Positions 38,319 through 48,016 are shown, counted from the first letter of the whole stretch. The stretch: DNA of 62,952 nucleotides, filler included, from Klebsormidium nitens (GCA_000708835.1; 4 parts of 4 records of this genome joined end to end with filler, not necessarily neighbours in it), one strand, 5' to 3'. Notes: generated by a model not told the origin, from the sequence alone. A program made the numbers and translations.

Positions 38319-39149
38319 ATGGATGCCTTGCGTCAGCTGTTCACCGACAACATTCGAACTCAGGCATCCGTTGATCAATACGTAAGGGGCATTGCCCGTA
38401 TCTATCAATTGTGCCATGATCGACAACTATCCAATACAGATGATTTAAGCTTTTTGGAAACAGACGCACACGTTTTCACTCAGCTCGTGCATGATCGATA
38501 TGCAAATCCTGGATCAAGAAGGACCCGATTGGCCCCTTTTCTTGCCGCTTGTAAAAAGCTCGGAAACTCAGAAGCTTATCAGATTTATTTACAGCCCTTT
38601 CAGAAGGATAATCAGCCGTTGAAAGAACTTCGTGAGGAACAAGCCGCTGAATCGGGGCATGACCCTATGAAACAACTCGAGATGTCACGTGAAGACATTG
38701 ATCTTTTGGGTAGCAAGCTTGCCTGAAAGGTCCGATCTTTGTCACACGTTGTTGCAGACGACCTCGACAGAAAGGATGTGAAAACCATAATGATACATTT
38801 GCTCGTTGAATGGCATCTTCTGATAAAAAAGCACGTCAGACGAGGTGTGAAGATCTATCATTTACCTATCATTCTCAAGAGGAGTGGAGGCCAGCACGAT
38901 GACACCGAAGATGCACTGATCCAGACAAGTCGGTCAAATAACACGATTTGTTTACTGAAACAACAAGAGTTGTACGAGCTTCCAACAATGTTTTGTAAGT
39001 ACCTTGCTAGAACGTTAGAGCTCATCCCTCGAGACTTTTTTATAACCTCAGTGTCTGATCCGCTAACACCAATGTCAGGGAGCAATTACAGCAATTTCTG
39101 CGGTAAGCTTCTTTTCAACGGAAAGTCACTCAATCTTGAACGCATCTAA
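38319..39149 (+). pseudogene. Degenerate or truncated tyrosine-recombinase paralogue
   Basis: ORFs 38319-38726 and 38739-39149 are in the same frame, separated by one TGA. N-terminus (SVDQYVRGIARIY...DDLSFL...LAPFLAACKKL) aligns with both intact YRs (TVEQYCARVMRLF...DSLDWV...LSPLLVIARKL). C-terminal LLRH/MGH/Y motifs absent. Confidence 0.65.
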
Positions 39150-39228
39150 CTAGACTTGTTTTCTAGCCGAAAAATAAATCTAACGATAAGTTTAGCTGAA
39201 GGACTCCGGCTGCGAAGCTACAAGAAAG

Positions 39229-40332
39229 ATGGCCACACGGGTAGTTCACATCGAGGGGCCACACAATCAGAGGAAGGCATCGCCATCGCAGTTACCAAAA
39301 CTAAGGAGCATCCTCAAGGTTAAAGATGGTCGTGATGGTTCAGAGGCAACTTTACGGGCCGACTCTACCGTGAATGTATACCTCCGCCAGATCCTAAACA
39401 TATACACAATTCTTAACCCAAACCAGCAACTAGATGACGATGTGTCTATAGATTGGATAAAAGATTATGGAACCGTGATAAATGCGATCGAAAGTTTGTT
39501 AGACAGAAAAGGAAAACCCATCAAATCGCTTACAAAAAGTTCTTATGCGGCACCATTTTCAATCCTTGCTCAGAAGAAGGGCTTCGAGGACGCACAACGA
39601 GCGTACGGTGATTTCATTGAAGCAAAAAAGCCTACCGAGGTCGAGCTGGATGAAACAATGCAACGCAAGACACCAAAGGAGCTTGAAATGTGGGTGCCTT
39701 GGAAAGAAATGATCAAGGTAAGAGACAACCTTGATCAGATTATCACACGAACAATCATTGAAAAATTTAGAAATGGTCGTGCATTGACGCGTAGCGATAA
39801 AGAACTCGTTAACGACCATTTGATCCTAAGCTTGTACACAATGCCTCTCGGGCCCCTACGGAACGAGTTTGGGAGTTGTCGAATTCTCATAAAGGAGGAA
39901 ACTGAAGAATTTGAAGCAAAACCTGGTGACATCAATACATGTATTCTAACAAAGGATCTTGAGCATTGCCAATTTGTTATCAGCAGCCACAAGACACTCA
40001 ACAAGGTGGGCATACGGAGATTGCACATTCCTGAAAATCTAGTCAATGTCATTCTTCGAAGCTCTAATCTCTTTCCAAGATACTACTTGGTCATGAAACA
40101 TTACTATCTTGGCTTTAAAGATGAACCAATCAATAATTTTACCATTGTACTGAACGATTTGGGTCAACGTCACTTTGATAAGAATCTATCGTGCACGTTG
40201 CTCCGTCATATTTCGCATACAGAGCTCACACCCAATTTGGGTTCCCGAGGGGAGGTACGAAAAAAGTGTGAATGGATGGGGCACTCGCTTTCAACGGCAC
40301 TCAATCATTACGAGCGGCGGTGGTCACGTTGA
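39229..40332 (+). CDS. Tyrosine recombinase (PLV/virophage/NCLDV-type)
   Basis: 367 aa; catalytic-type motifs PLRNEF (R), SHKT (K), LLRHI (R), MGHS (H), NHY (Y) in the correct order. Confidence 0.9.
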   Translation: MATRVVHIEGPHNQRKASPSQLPKLRSILKVKDGRDGSEATLRADSTVNVYLRQILNIYTILNPNQQLDDDVSIDWIKDYGTVINAIESLLDRKGKPIKSLTKSSYAAPFSILAQKKGFEDAQRAYGDFIEAKKPTEVELDETMQRKTPKELEMWVPWKEMIKVRDNLDQIITRTIIEKFRNGRALTRSDKELVNDHLILSLYTMPLGPLRNEFGSCRILIKEETEEFEAKPGDINTCILTKDLEHCQFVISSHKTLNKVGIRRLHIPENLVNVILRSSNLFPRYYLVMKHYYLGFKDEPINNFTIVLNDLGQRHFDKNLSCTLLRHISHTELTPNLGSRGEVRKKCEWMGHSLSTALNHYERRWSR

Positions 40333-40416
40333 TCCGCACTTGATATACAGGTGCGCGTTTTTTATCAAAAACAATTTCTTTCTCTGGAAGTAACGGTAGT
40401 GTCGTTGCCGTGCACC

Positions 40417-40650
40417 ATGACTGGCAATCACGACCACTCAGGCTCCACTTTGTGTGCAGCATGCTTGGAATCTGCAAACTATAAGGAGGAACAACAAGCC
40501 AAAAGCAGGACCTATGCACACGCATATTATGATTCTAACAAAGAGCGAATACTGCTCAAGAAAGCTCTTGAACGAATGGAGAAGGGTGTTCGAGTCAACA
40601 GACGTACTATGGAACGTTTACACGAGGCAAAGATCTACATTGCTGTCTAA
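40417..40650 (+). CDS. Small His/Cys + basic-helix protein, copy 1 (77 aa from ATG 40417)
   Basis: HDH..TLCAAC...AYYDSNKERILLKKALERMEKG..NRRTMERLHEA; homologous to 46616-46939. Confidence 0.75.
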   Translation: MTGNHDHSGSTLCAACLESANYKEEQQAKSRTYAHAYYDSNKERILLKKALERMEKGVRVNRRTMERLHEAKIYIAV

Positions 40651-40806
40651 GCATCGTAAGTCACCCTATTTAGATCGTGTAACAAACATCTCAACATATC
40701 CTTCCAGCACTCATATGGAGATGTACCATGTTGTGCCACTCTCCCTCTGAGATGCCAGCAGCTTGTGGATTGTGGACCTGTCGATCGAGTGTCGTGTTGA
40801 AGTGTT

Positions 40807-41683
40807 ATGATGCTTCGTGCATACAATGAAAACCATTTGGAAATCTTGAGAGGGTTGTTGTTCATAGGCGCGCCGTGGACTTCGGATGGCTTAGGGCGCG
40901 TTTCAATACCAAGAAATTTTTCTAGAATAGAAAATATTGCACAGTGGCCGGAGATGGAACTGTTGAAAATATTCGAGGAGTACGCTAACGAAGGCCTGTA
41001 TGCTATTCCGGCAAAGGCTTTACTAGGGCAAGATGGGTGTAGTAAGAGGGTACTCGGAACTATGCCACATGCGAACGGGGGCACAGCTATACGGTCAGCT
41101 TCCGATTGGAATGCTTCAAAGAAGAGAATGAAGGAATACGTACACGAAAAACAGTTCAATTCTATCGCAATCAAGACTGGCTGTATATCGGATGTATACG
41201 TTCTGGATATTGATGTCAAGGACAAAGAGGACGAAGACGTATCGGCTGGAATGCCGTTTTGGAAGAGCTTGATTGACAAACATGGAGAGCCAAACACGTT
41301 AAAAGCAACTACTCCTCGTGGCGGATTTCATTACTACTTCTCGTTTTCGAGCATCCTCAAAGATGGTCTCAAGTCCGGTAAGAACTTTGTGGGTGTAGAT
41401 GTGAATGGTCAAGTCTATGGAATTGATGGTCGTGGTGAAGGGGGAATTGCGTTTGCTCCACCGAGCTCGCTTGGCAATGGAAAAGAATACAAATGGAATG
41501 TCACACCGAAAAGGACCAATATTGCAACCGCTCCAGCATGGGTGATTGAACTCATAAATACTTCTGCTAGACGAGTTGGTCGTAACGGACAGATAGACAT
41601 ACATGACGCATCCCGAATAGTGCGTTGTTTAGAGCTCAATGAGCAGGACGAGTCGTTTCTACACACCGCTTTTGCAGACGAAG
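40807..41683 (+). CDS. Prim-Pol (bifunctional primase/polymerase) N-terminal domain, truncated by a gap
   Basis: YVLDIDVKD, TPRGGFHYYF, GIDGRGEGGIAFAPPS, YKW...APAWV; closely parallels the N-terminus of 43650-46511. Confidence 0.9.
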
Positions 41684-41784
41684 GNNNNNNNNNNNNNNNN
41701 NNNNNNNNNNNNNNNNNNNNNNNNNNNNTTAATTAATTAANNNNNNNNNNNNNNNNNNNNNNNNNNNNNNNNNNNNNNNNNNNN

Positions 41785-42895
41785 CCAGCCGTACGCGGCC
41801 CTCCTTCACGCGCTCCTCATCCCGCGCTACTCGTGGGTGTTTGGTCATGTGGTGACGCTGAGGTTGCTTCGCCACCTGCTGCTGGAGGGGCCACTCGACG
41901 AGCGAGGGATGGCGTATCTCTCTAACGACGGCCCCATGCTGGCGGCCATTTTGCGTCTTCACCCCGTGGCAGGGGGGGTGTACGCCTTCCCGCCAATGTT
42001 GCGCCCCCTCATTCGCGACATTTACGCCGTGAACCTCCTCTGCTTCGAGCCGAGCGGGAACCGGCCCCGCTCCTCCTCTTGTTCGCCTTTGGCGGCTCTC
42101 CATGATGCCACCGAGCACTTGTGGACGATCGAGGGCGAGAAGCTGAGGCTCGTGGGCCAGCTGGACGCGGCGGCCATGGAGTACGCGGAGCGGCATGGGG
42201 CGGCGCTAAAGCGGGCTGCCAACTCGCTCATGTTCGAGCTCGAGGTTCGCGAGCCCGAGTGCTATGGGGTGGGGGGCTTCCTCTCGGCGCCGTCGGCAAC
42301 TTATGCCAAGCGGGTCGCAGCCGTCTCGTCGTACGATTTCCACCCTTTGCTGTACGGGCGGCCACGGTTCGTTGATTGGGAGGATGAGGCGGGCCGTGGC
42401 AAAAAGGGATCGGAGGAGCGGCTCACTCAACACTGTAGCGCCCCAAATCCACGGTCGTCCAAGGGCCGTGCGGGGGTCTTCATTGCTTGCTGCCAGGACC
42501 GAGCCCCTTTTGGCTACCATTGGCTCAAGGGGGGCGAGTCGGTGTCGGACTTAGGGACCGTTTTGCTCACGAGGTTCCCGTTTCGGACGCTGCGGGGGCT
42601 CACAATTGTGGAGGATGCCGCGTGTAATGGCCAAGAGTGGTTTTTGAATCGGGTGCCGCAGCTGGCCAAGTTCATGCTGTTTGCCGTCGATCGCTTCCAC
42701 TCGGGGCCCGTGAGTTGCGCTCCATCGGGGGCAAAGCGCTACGCGACGCACACGTGCGCCCCAACCCTTTTTATCGATTCCTTTCCACAACATCGCCAGA
42801 CGATCACGACAGCTTCGGAGGGCATCAACTCGGGGTTGAAGAGATGCGCGGTTAGCCTTCAGCAGATCACGAGTATTAAGCGGCTGCTGAGCTGA
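41785..42895 (+). mobile_element. KDZ (Kyakuja-Dileera-Zisupton) transposase fragment
   Basis: GVFIACC...GYHWLKGGES...LLTRFP...IVEDAACN...LNRVP...FAVDRFH...C...ASEGINSGL matches my recollection of the KDZ core; 5' part in the gap; ends at a TGA beyond which the frame continues. Confidence 0.75.
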
Positions 42896-43340
42896 GTCAC
42901 GACCATCCTCGATACTCTCTTTGAGCGATCAAAGTACGCAGTTTTCTGGAGCCAAGATAGCAATCCTTTGAGGGAATTGATCAAGAGGGGGCGTTCAAGT
43001 TGAGGGCGTTGCCAATATAGATTAATTGCCACGATCCAACAAGGAGAGTAGCGCGCTTTGTGAAGAGCAATAGCAATTACAGCAGGCGGGTGCGTGTGGA
43101 CTGTTGAAATTCCAAAAAGGCTGTTGATTGGGCTAAGATGACACTTTGTTGTATCGATTGCATGATTCGCTACTGATACAACATCGATACACAAATCTAG
43201 GGCGTGTATCATATCAAGAGAGTACACAATTGGTCTTTCAATGACTTCAAAATCGTTCAAAATGCTTGAAAGTGGTGCCTCAAGGAAGCATGTGCGGTGT
43301 GAGTGCGCGGAAAAAGTGTCAAGAGTATGAGAATCTGGTC

Positions 43341-43466
43341 TGATACAATTGATACAGCTGATACACATAATCCCCACATGCTCCTCTCTATATAGCAATA
43401 TTGTTTTTTTTTGTTGTTAAAGAAAATCTGTATAATATGCTAGTGTATCTTGTATCATCTGTATCA
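43341..43466. promoter_or_regulatory. Putative replication origin: inverted iteron triplets flanking an AT-rich core
   Basis: TGATACA at 43341, 43350, 43359 (9-bp period); 78-bp spacer with a T-tract and AT-rich run; TGTATC(T/A) at 43444, 43451, 43460; two more TGTATCA at 43637 and 43646. Confidence 0.6.
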
Positions 43467-43649
43467 CCCCCAAACGGCGCATCACACTCCACGGCCGCCT
43501 TGTTGCACGTTTTTGAGCCCTCATTGAGGCAAATCAACACCCAGCTTAAGATTTAAAAGTCGGAAAAACATCACAATCAGATCATAAAGTGGAGATTTTG
43601 ACGCTGATTCACGTCCGTTCGAAATGGCGAAATTCTTGTATCAAGTGTA

Positions 43650-46511
43650 TCAGGTCCCTTTGCGGACCTTCCCCTGCGCATCCGTCTGTTTCAATTCCTC
43701 CTCGGTCTTCAAACGGATCCCAAAGAAGCCTCTTCCTCGTTTCCTACCATCGAGCGTCCTGATCATCGGGTTGTTTCCCCCACCCGGCGGCTTTTGCGAG
43801 AATCCCTTCAAGCACATCGCTCTTGCCAATCCGTCACCCGCCAACTTTACGTCGTGTCCGCCCGCATACAAGAAGTTCGTGAAAGCCTCAACAAAATCGG
43901 ACTTGGCAACACTTAAACCCGCGCCCTCAGTCATGCAAGCCTTGTCGTTCTCCTCCGTATACTCCTTTGCCGCCGCGCTAAACTCTTGAGGGACCGGCGA
44001 AAGAACCTTCAAGGCCGGAGCCAATGCCTTTTTGGCGTAGTACATGGTCGCTCCCTGAACGCAAAAGTCGAGGGTGTCTGCTGCACCTGCGTCTGATTCA
44101 AAGTAGGGCTTGAGAGTCAAATCAATTGGTTTGTGATATTTGTTGGTTGCATCAAGCTCGTCGGGATTTTTGAACGTGTAATTGAACATGATGAGCACGA
44201 TCCGGCAAATCAGTGCGCTATCGTCACTTGGAAAGTGTGGTCGAAAGTTGGTGAACAAACAGAGCTTGTACTGAGGCACGTAGCTTTGCGGCTTGCAAAA
44301 TAGCTCGCGCGCATCTAGCTCACCACCGCCGCTTGCCTCCTTCACAAAGGACGCGTGCAACTCTTCGACCCCTTCTGATTCGTCGTTTGTAACAAACCTC
44401 TTTGTTCGGATCTGCATGAGGTGAGTCGATGCAGCAGAAGCATTGGCCTTGAAGGTAGGTTTGATAAAAATGGCCTTATTACCGGCGCAATTGTAGCTTC
44501 CAAAGGCCTTTCGAAGCGCTTGTTTCAACACCCCTTTTCCATTCGCTCCGCTTAAGCCATTGGCAATGACAAAAAGCTCCTCAGACGTCTCACCGGTAAG
44601 ACAATATCCAAGAAACATTTGAAGCCAATCAATCGCCTCCGGTGGAAGAACTTCCATCAGAAACGACCGAAATCTCGCAGTGGGCCACGTGGAAGCGCCC
44701 GAGATATACTCACTCGTCTGATTATTGCAGAGATTGTGAGGATGGTGGGGCAGGAGCTTGCCCGTTCTTAGGTCGATCAACCCATTCGGTGCATTTGCAA
44801 CCGCGCGATCTTGATCGAATTGGTCGAGCAATCCCTCAACACGCAACTCGGTGACCACAGACTGCATACACTTGCGAACGTCGGAAGGGTCCTGGACGTT
44901 GATCTTTCCAAAGCTGGGCATGATCTTGTCGAGCTCCTTCGTGCATGCCTCCGTGGCCATCTTGATCTTCTTCATCTGCTTGGGATTGACCTCTTCACGG
45001 TCGAGACGCTTAAAGACACCGCCAACAACAAAGCCCTCTAATTCAGAACGGCTTGCATACAAAGTGCCCAAACATCTCTCTCGTTGCCGCTCGTACCACG
45101 CCAAGAGACAGCCCATCTGACTTGTGAACACGCCCGCAACCAAGTTGAAGGTGTCATGCACCCATGATGTGCCGCTCCACACATAGAAGAGCGGGCCTCG
45201 GCTCTTTGAATCTGCCTCATTGGTGGTCACGAGGATTCGACCCTCGATCATATACAGATAGGCAAAGAGACGCCCCAAGTTGGCATATGCCTCTGGAGCC
45301 GCATGCTCAACGACGATTCGAAGGAGCAAATCTTGAACCTCTTGGCTTCCTCTTGTGTATTGGGTGATTGTATGCATGTCGTCGTGAGGGTCGACCGGCT
45401 CTGTGGTGGCATCTTGCAAAGCCGCCTTCAAATTCTCCAGGACCCCCAACTTTTTGGGCGGCTTATGGGAGCAATCGACGCCATGACAACGATAGTACAC
45501 GTTGCGCCCCCTCTTGAGCAGGTTGAAATTGTTGCTCCCTGAGTGTTGATGACCAAGAAAGCACCTTCGAGGCCCATAAGTTCGATAGCAATAGTAAGTG
45601 CCGTAGAGGCCATGTGACAACGAGCTCGCGTACGTACTCGTCGAGTCGCCGGCCTTCTTTAACATCTTTGATAGCTCCTCCAATAGAAGCTCTTTGCCGT
45701 GTGGCGAATACGTGTCTGAGATTGTGCCAGTTATCTCAAAAGTAGGACTTTTGGCACCTCCAGGCTGAGATGCCTCGGCGCTTGCTCCCGAAATTCTGTC
45801 AGTTGTTTCCTTTCCCCCCTCGCTCGTGATTGCAGGTTGGCCAGCATGATTGTTGACCAATTTCGCTAGCCAAAATGGCATTTCCTGGCACGCTTCATAG
45901 CTAGGAGGTCCATTGATCCACTCATATGTTGCAAGCTCGCCGTGGGCCTTTAGATAGCTTGTCGGTGGAGCGAATATGACCCCCCCCAATCCTCTTCCAT
46001 CGATGCCAAAGGTCTGCTTGTCAACCTTTACACCTGAAAAGTTCTGTTTCCACGTGAGATGAGGCGAGTCGAGCTTGAAGTACAAGTGCAATCCATGAGA
46101 ACCGGTCCTCGCTTTGAGTGTCTCTGGCTCTCCATGGATCCTAACAAGTTGCTCCCAGAGCTCGATCCCCGGTCGCTTCTCGTCCTTTGCAACTACGTCG
46201 ATATCAACCACGTACACTCTACTAACTCCCGCAAGTATTGCAAGCCCGGTTGCATCTCGCTTTTCCTTCATCATAGGATTGATGGACCGCTCCCATGCTT
46301 CCGGTGTTTTGATGTGTGCATAGCTGTGAGGGAAGTCACCCTTCTTCTTGCTCTTATCTTCATCCCACGAGACAGAGACGGGAAGCGCATATAGGCCATT
46401 ATTGGCAAGTCGTTGGATCTCGTCTCTGATACATCGAGTCCCACGGGCCTTGGGGTCTTTTGGGGCCGAGGCCATAGAGCTGGGAGCTTGGACAGCTGTT
46501 TGCGTGGCCAT
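43650..46511 (-). CDS. Primase-helicase copy 2, uninterrupted and intronless (953 aa): Prim-Pol-ZnR-D5_N-SF3-wHTH
   Basis: YVVDIDV, GLHLYF, GIDGRG; RRCFLGHQHSGSNNF...YYRCHGVDC; NAPNGLIDLRTGKLLPH; Walker A GLSGANGKG; Walker B FVTNDE; ASGGGELDARELF; LFTNFRP. Confidence 0.95.
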   Translation of the reverse strand: MATQTAVQAPSSMASAPKDPKARGTRCIRDEIQRLANNGLYALPVSVSWDEDKSKKKGDFPHSYAHIKTPEAWERSINPMMKEKRDATGLAILAGVSRVYVVDIDVVAKDEKRPGIELWEQLVRIHGEPETLKARTGSHGLHLYFKLDSPHLTWKQNFSGVKVDKQTFGIDGRGLGGVIFAPPTSYLKAHGELATYEWINGPPSYEACQEMPFWLAKLVNNHAGQPAITSEGGKETTDRISGASAEASQPGGAKSPTFEITGTISDTYSPHGKELLLEELSKMLKKAGDSTSTYASSLSHGLYGTYYCYRTYGPRRCFLGHQHSGSNNFNLLKRGRNVYYRCHGVDCSHKPPKKLGVLENLKAALQDATTEPVDPHDDMHTITQYTRGSQEVQDLLLRIVVEHAAPEAYANLGRLFAYLYMIEGRILVTTNEADSKSRGPLFYVWSGTSWVHDTFNLVAGVFTSQMGCLLAWYERQRERCLGTLYASRSELEGFVVGGVFKRLDREEVNPKQMKKIKMATEACTKELDKIMPSFGKINVQDPSDVRKCMQSVVTELRVEGLLDQFDQDRAVANAPNGLIDLRTGKLLPHHPHNLCNNQTSEYISGASTWPTARFRSFLMEVLPPEAIDWLQMFLGYCLTGETSEELFVIANGLSGANGKGVLKQALRKAFGSYNCAGNKAIFIKPTFKANASAASTHLMQIRTKRFVTNDESEGVEELHASFVKEASGGGELDARELFCKPQSYVPQYKLCLFTNFRPHFPSDDSALICRIVLIMFNYTFKNPDELDATNKYHKPIDLTLKPYFESDAGAADTLDFCVQGATMYYAKKALAPALKVLSPVPQEFSAAAKEYTEENDKACMTEGAGLSVAKSDFVEAFTNFLYAGGHDVKLAGDGLARAMCLKGFSQKPPGGGNNPMIRTLDGRKRGRGFFGIRLKTEEELKQTDAQGKVRKGT

Positions 46512-46615
46512 GATGTCTGTACTCTAGTCAGGAAATAATGGGGCTGATTGAAACGCGCTTCACTGCCAACTGCGTTCTCATACTACTTATTTCCGAATCC
46601 TAGTCATAGGGCATC

Positions 46616-46939
46616 ATGGTCCAAAGCACGTATTCCTCGAGTGATATTAAGATCCATCCATGTCATTGCCGTGTCTGCGAAACAAGCCGCGCGTACCAAA
46701 AAGAGCACCATGAGCAACACGCGCAAAACGTTCGCAGGTACTATGGTCGGAATCGAGAGAACATTCTGCTTCAAAAGGCTTACAAACGATTTCTTTCGGG
46801 CACCACAAAGAAACTCCACAAAACAACGGCTCAGCGACTGATTGATGCTGGCTATAAGGTGCCGCAAAATACATGTTTCTCCAAAGAACCCACGGGCCTT
46901 TCATTGGGCGCCTTCACAAGCTGCATCGAAGTGTCTTAA
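46616..46939 (+). CDS. Small His/Cys + basic-helix protein, copy 2
   Basis: HPCHCRVC...RRYYGRNRENILLQKAYKRFLSG..LHKTTAQRLIDA; homologous to 40417-40650. Confidence 0.75.
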   Translation: MVQSTYSSSDIKIHPCHCRVCETSRAYQKEHHEQHAQNVRRYYGRNRENILLQKAYKRFLSGTTKKLHKTTAQRLIDAGYKVPQNTCFSKEPTGLSLGAFTSCIEVS

Positions 46940-46963
46940 GAGGCCGCCAAGTGGTGAGGTTGC

Positions 46964-48016
46964 TCAAAATTGGATGCGACTTCCATCGGGTTTGTACTTA
47001 AGCTCATAGTGGCGCATCGCGATCGGTGCCGTGTGCAACATCGACTTGGCAAGCTCATCTCTCTCATGGAGGCTTGGCGCATCCTTCATTGCATTACTCA
47101 CAGTAATTTTTCGAAGGAGGCACGATCCCAAATTTGAGTCGGGATAAATGGCTGCTAAGAACTTCGTCAGGTACCCTGACCCCATTGGGGCGTCTGGTGT
47201 CCTCATTCGGCTTAGAAGGTACTTTCGTGGGAAAATAGTGAGACTTTCCGCAATCACATTGCAAAGCCGGGTTGGTATGTCAAGAACTTGTGGGCCGTGT
47301 GTCTTGTCCGTCTTGTAAGAGTTGAGATGAAGCCTATAGGTGCCCTTTGCATACTCTAGAAGGTAGTTGCGAGATCCGGACATCAACTCACGTGCGGCAG
47401 CGCTCCCAACCTCTTCGAAGCGCACGATGGGAAGATCGCTCCAATCATTACGAATTGCTGGCATTTGAGTGTACAAACAAAGGACAAGGTATCGGCAAAG
47501 CGTTACCTTGTCCGCAACAGTGACCTCTTCTGGCCTCTTTGGCACAATGGATCGATTGATCTTCCGTTGAAGCTCGACGCGGCGGTGGTTGATTTCGTCA
47601 AGCGTTTTCCAATTCTTGGCTTCCCGTTCTGACATGTGTTGGGCAGGCCGAGCATCCTCCATGGCCTTTCGAACGGCTGTGTATCTCTTGAAGAGTGCCT
47701 CGTAGGTTCGTTGATCACTAGGCCACAATTTTCGAGCAATAACGAGAAGCGGACTTAGGCTCGTAGCTTGAGTTGGTAGCTTGTCGGAGTACACGGTATC
47801 CAGATACTCGATGATCTTGGTCGTATCCTTCACCCAGTCGAGAGAGTCGAAATCCTCCTTTGGAGCATATATGCTCTTGAATAGACGCATCACGCGAGCG
47901 CAATATTGCTCGACAGTGTAAGGTTTTCGCGTCGAATCATCAAACACGTCATGGAGCAGCTGTTCGCCTGATATTGGGGTCCTTATAACCTTTGTGTTTG
48001 CATCTAAAGCATCCAT
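46964..48016 (-). CDS. Tyrosine recombinase (PLV/virophage/NCLDV-type)
   Basis: 350 aa; AIRNDW (R), SYKTDKTHG (K), LLRKI (R), MLHT (H), RHY (Y). Confidence 0.9.
   Translation of the reverse strand: MDALDANTKVIRTPISGEQLLHDVFDDSTRKPYTVEQYCARVMRLFKSIYAPKEDFDSLDWVKDTTKIIEYLDTVYSDKLPTQATSLSPLLVIARKLWPSDQRTYEALFKRYTAVRKAMEDARPAQHMSEREAKNWKTLDEINHRRVELQRKINRSIVPKRPEEVTVADKVTLCRYLVLCLYTQMPAIRNDWSDLPIVRFEEVGSAAARELMSGSRNYLLEYAKGTYRLHLNSYKTDKTHGPQVLDIPTRLCNVIAESLTIFPRKYLLSRMRTPDAPMGSGYLTKFLAAIYPDSNLGSCLLRKITVSNAMKDAPSLHERDELAKSMLHTAPIAMRHYELKYKPDGSRIQF

Noticed and set aside
42859-43398. 179-aa minus-strand ORF downstream of helicase copy 2
   Set aside because: Non-ATG start, overlaps the iteron array and KDZ 3' end, and has no recognisable motifs.
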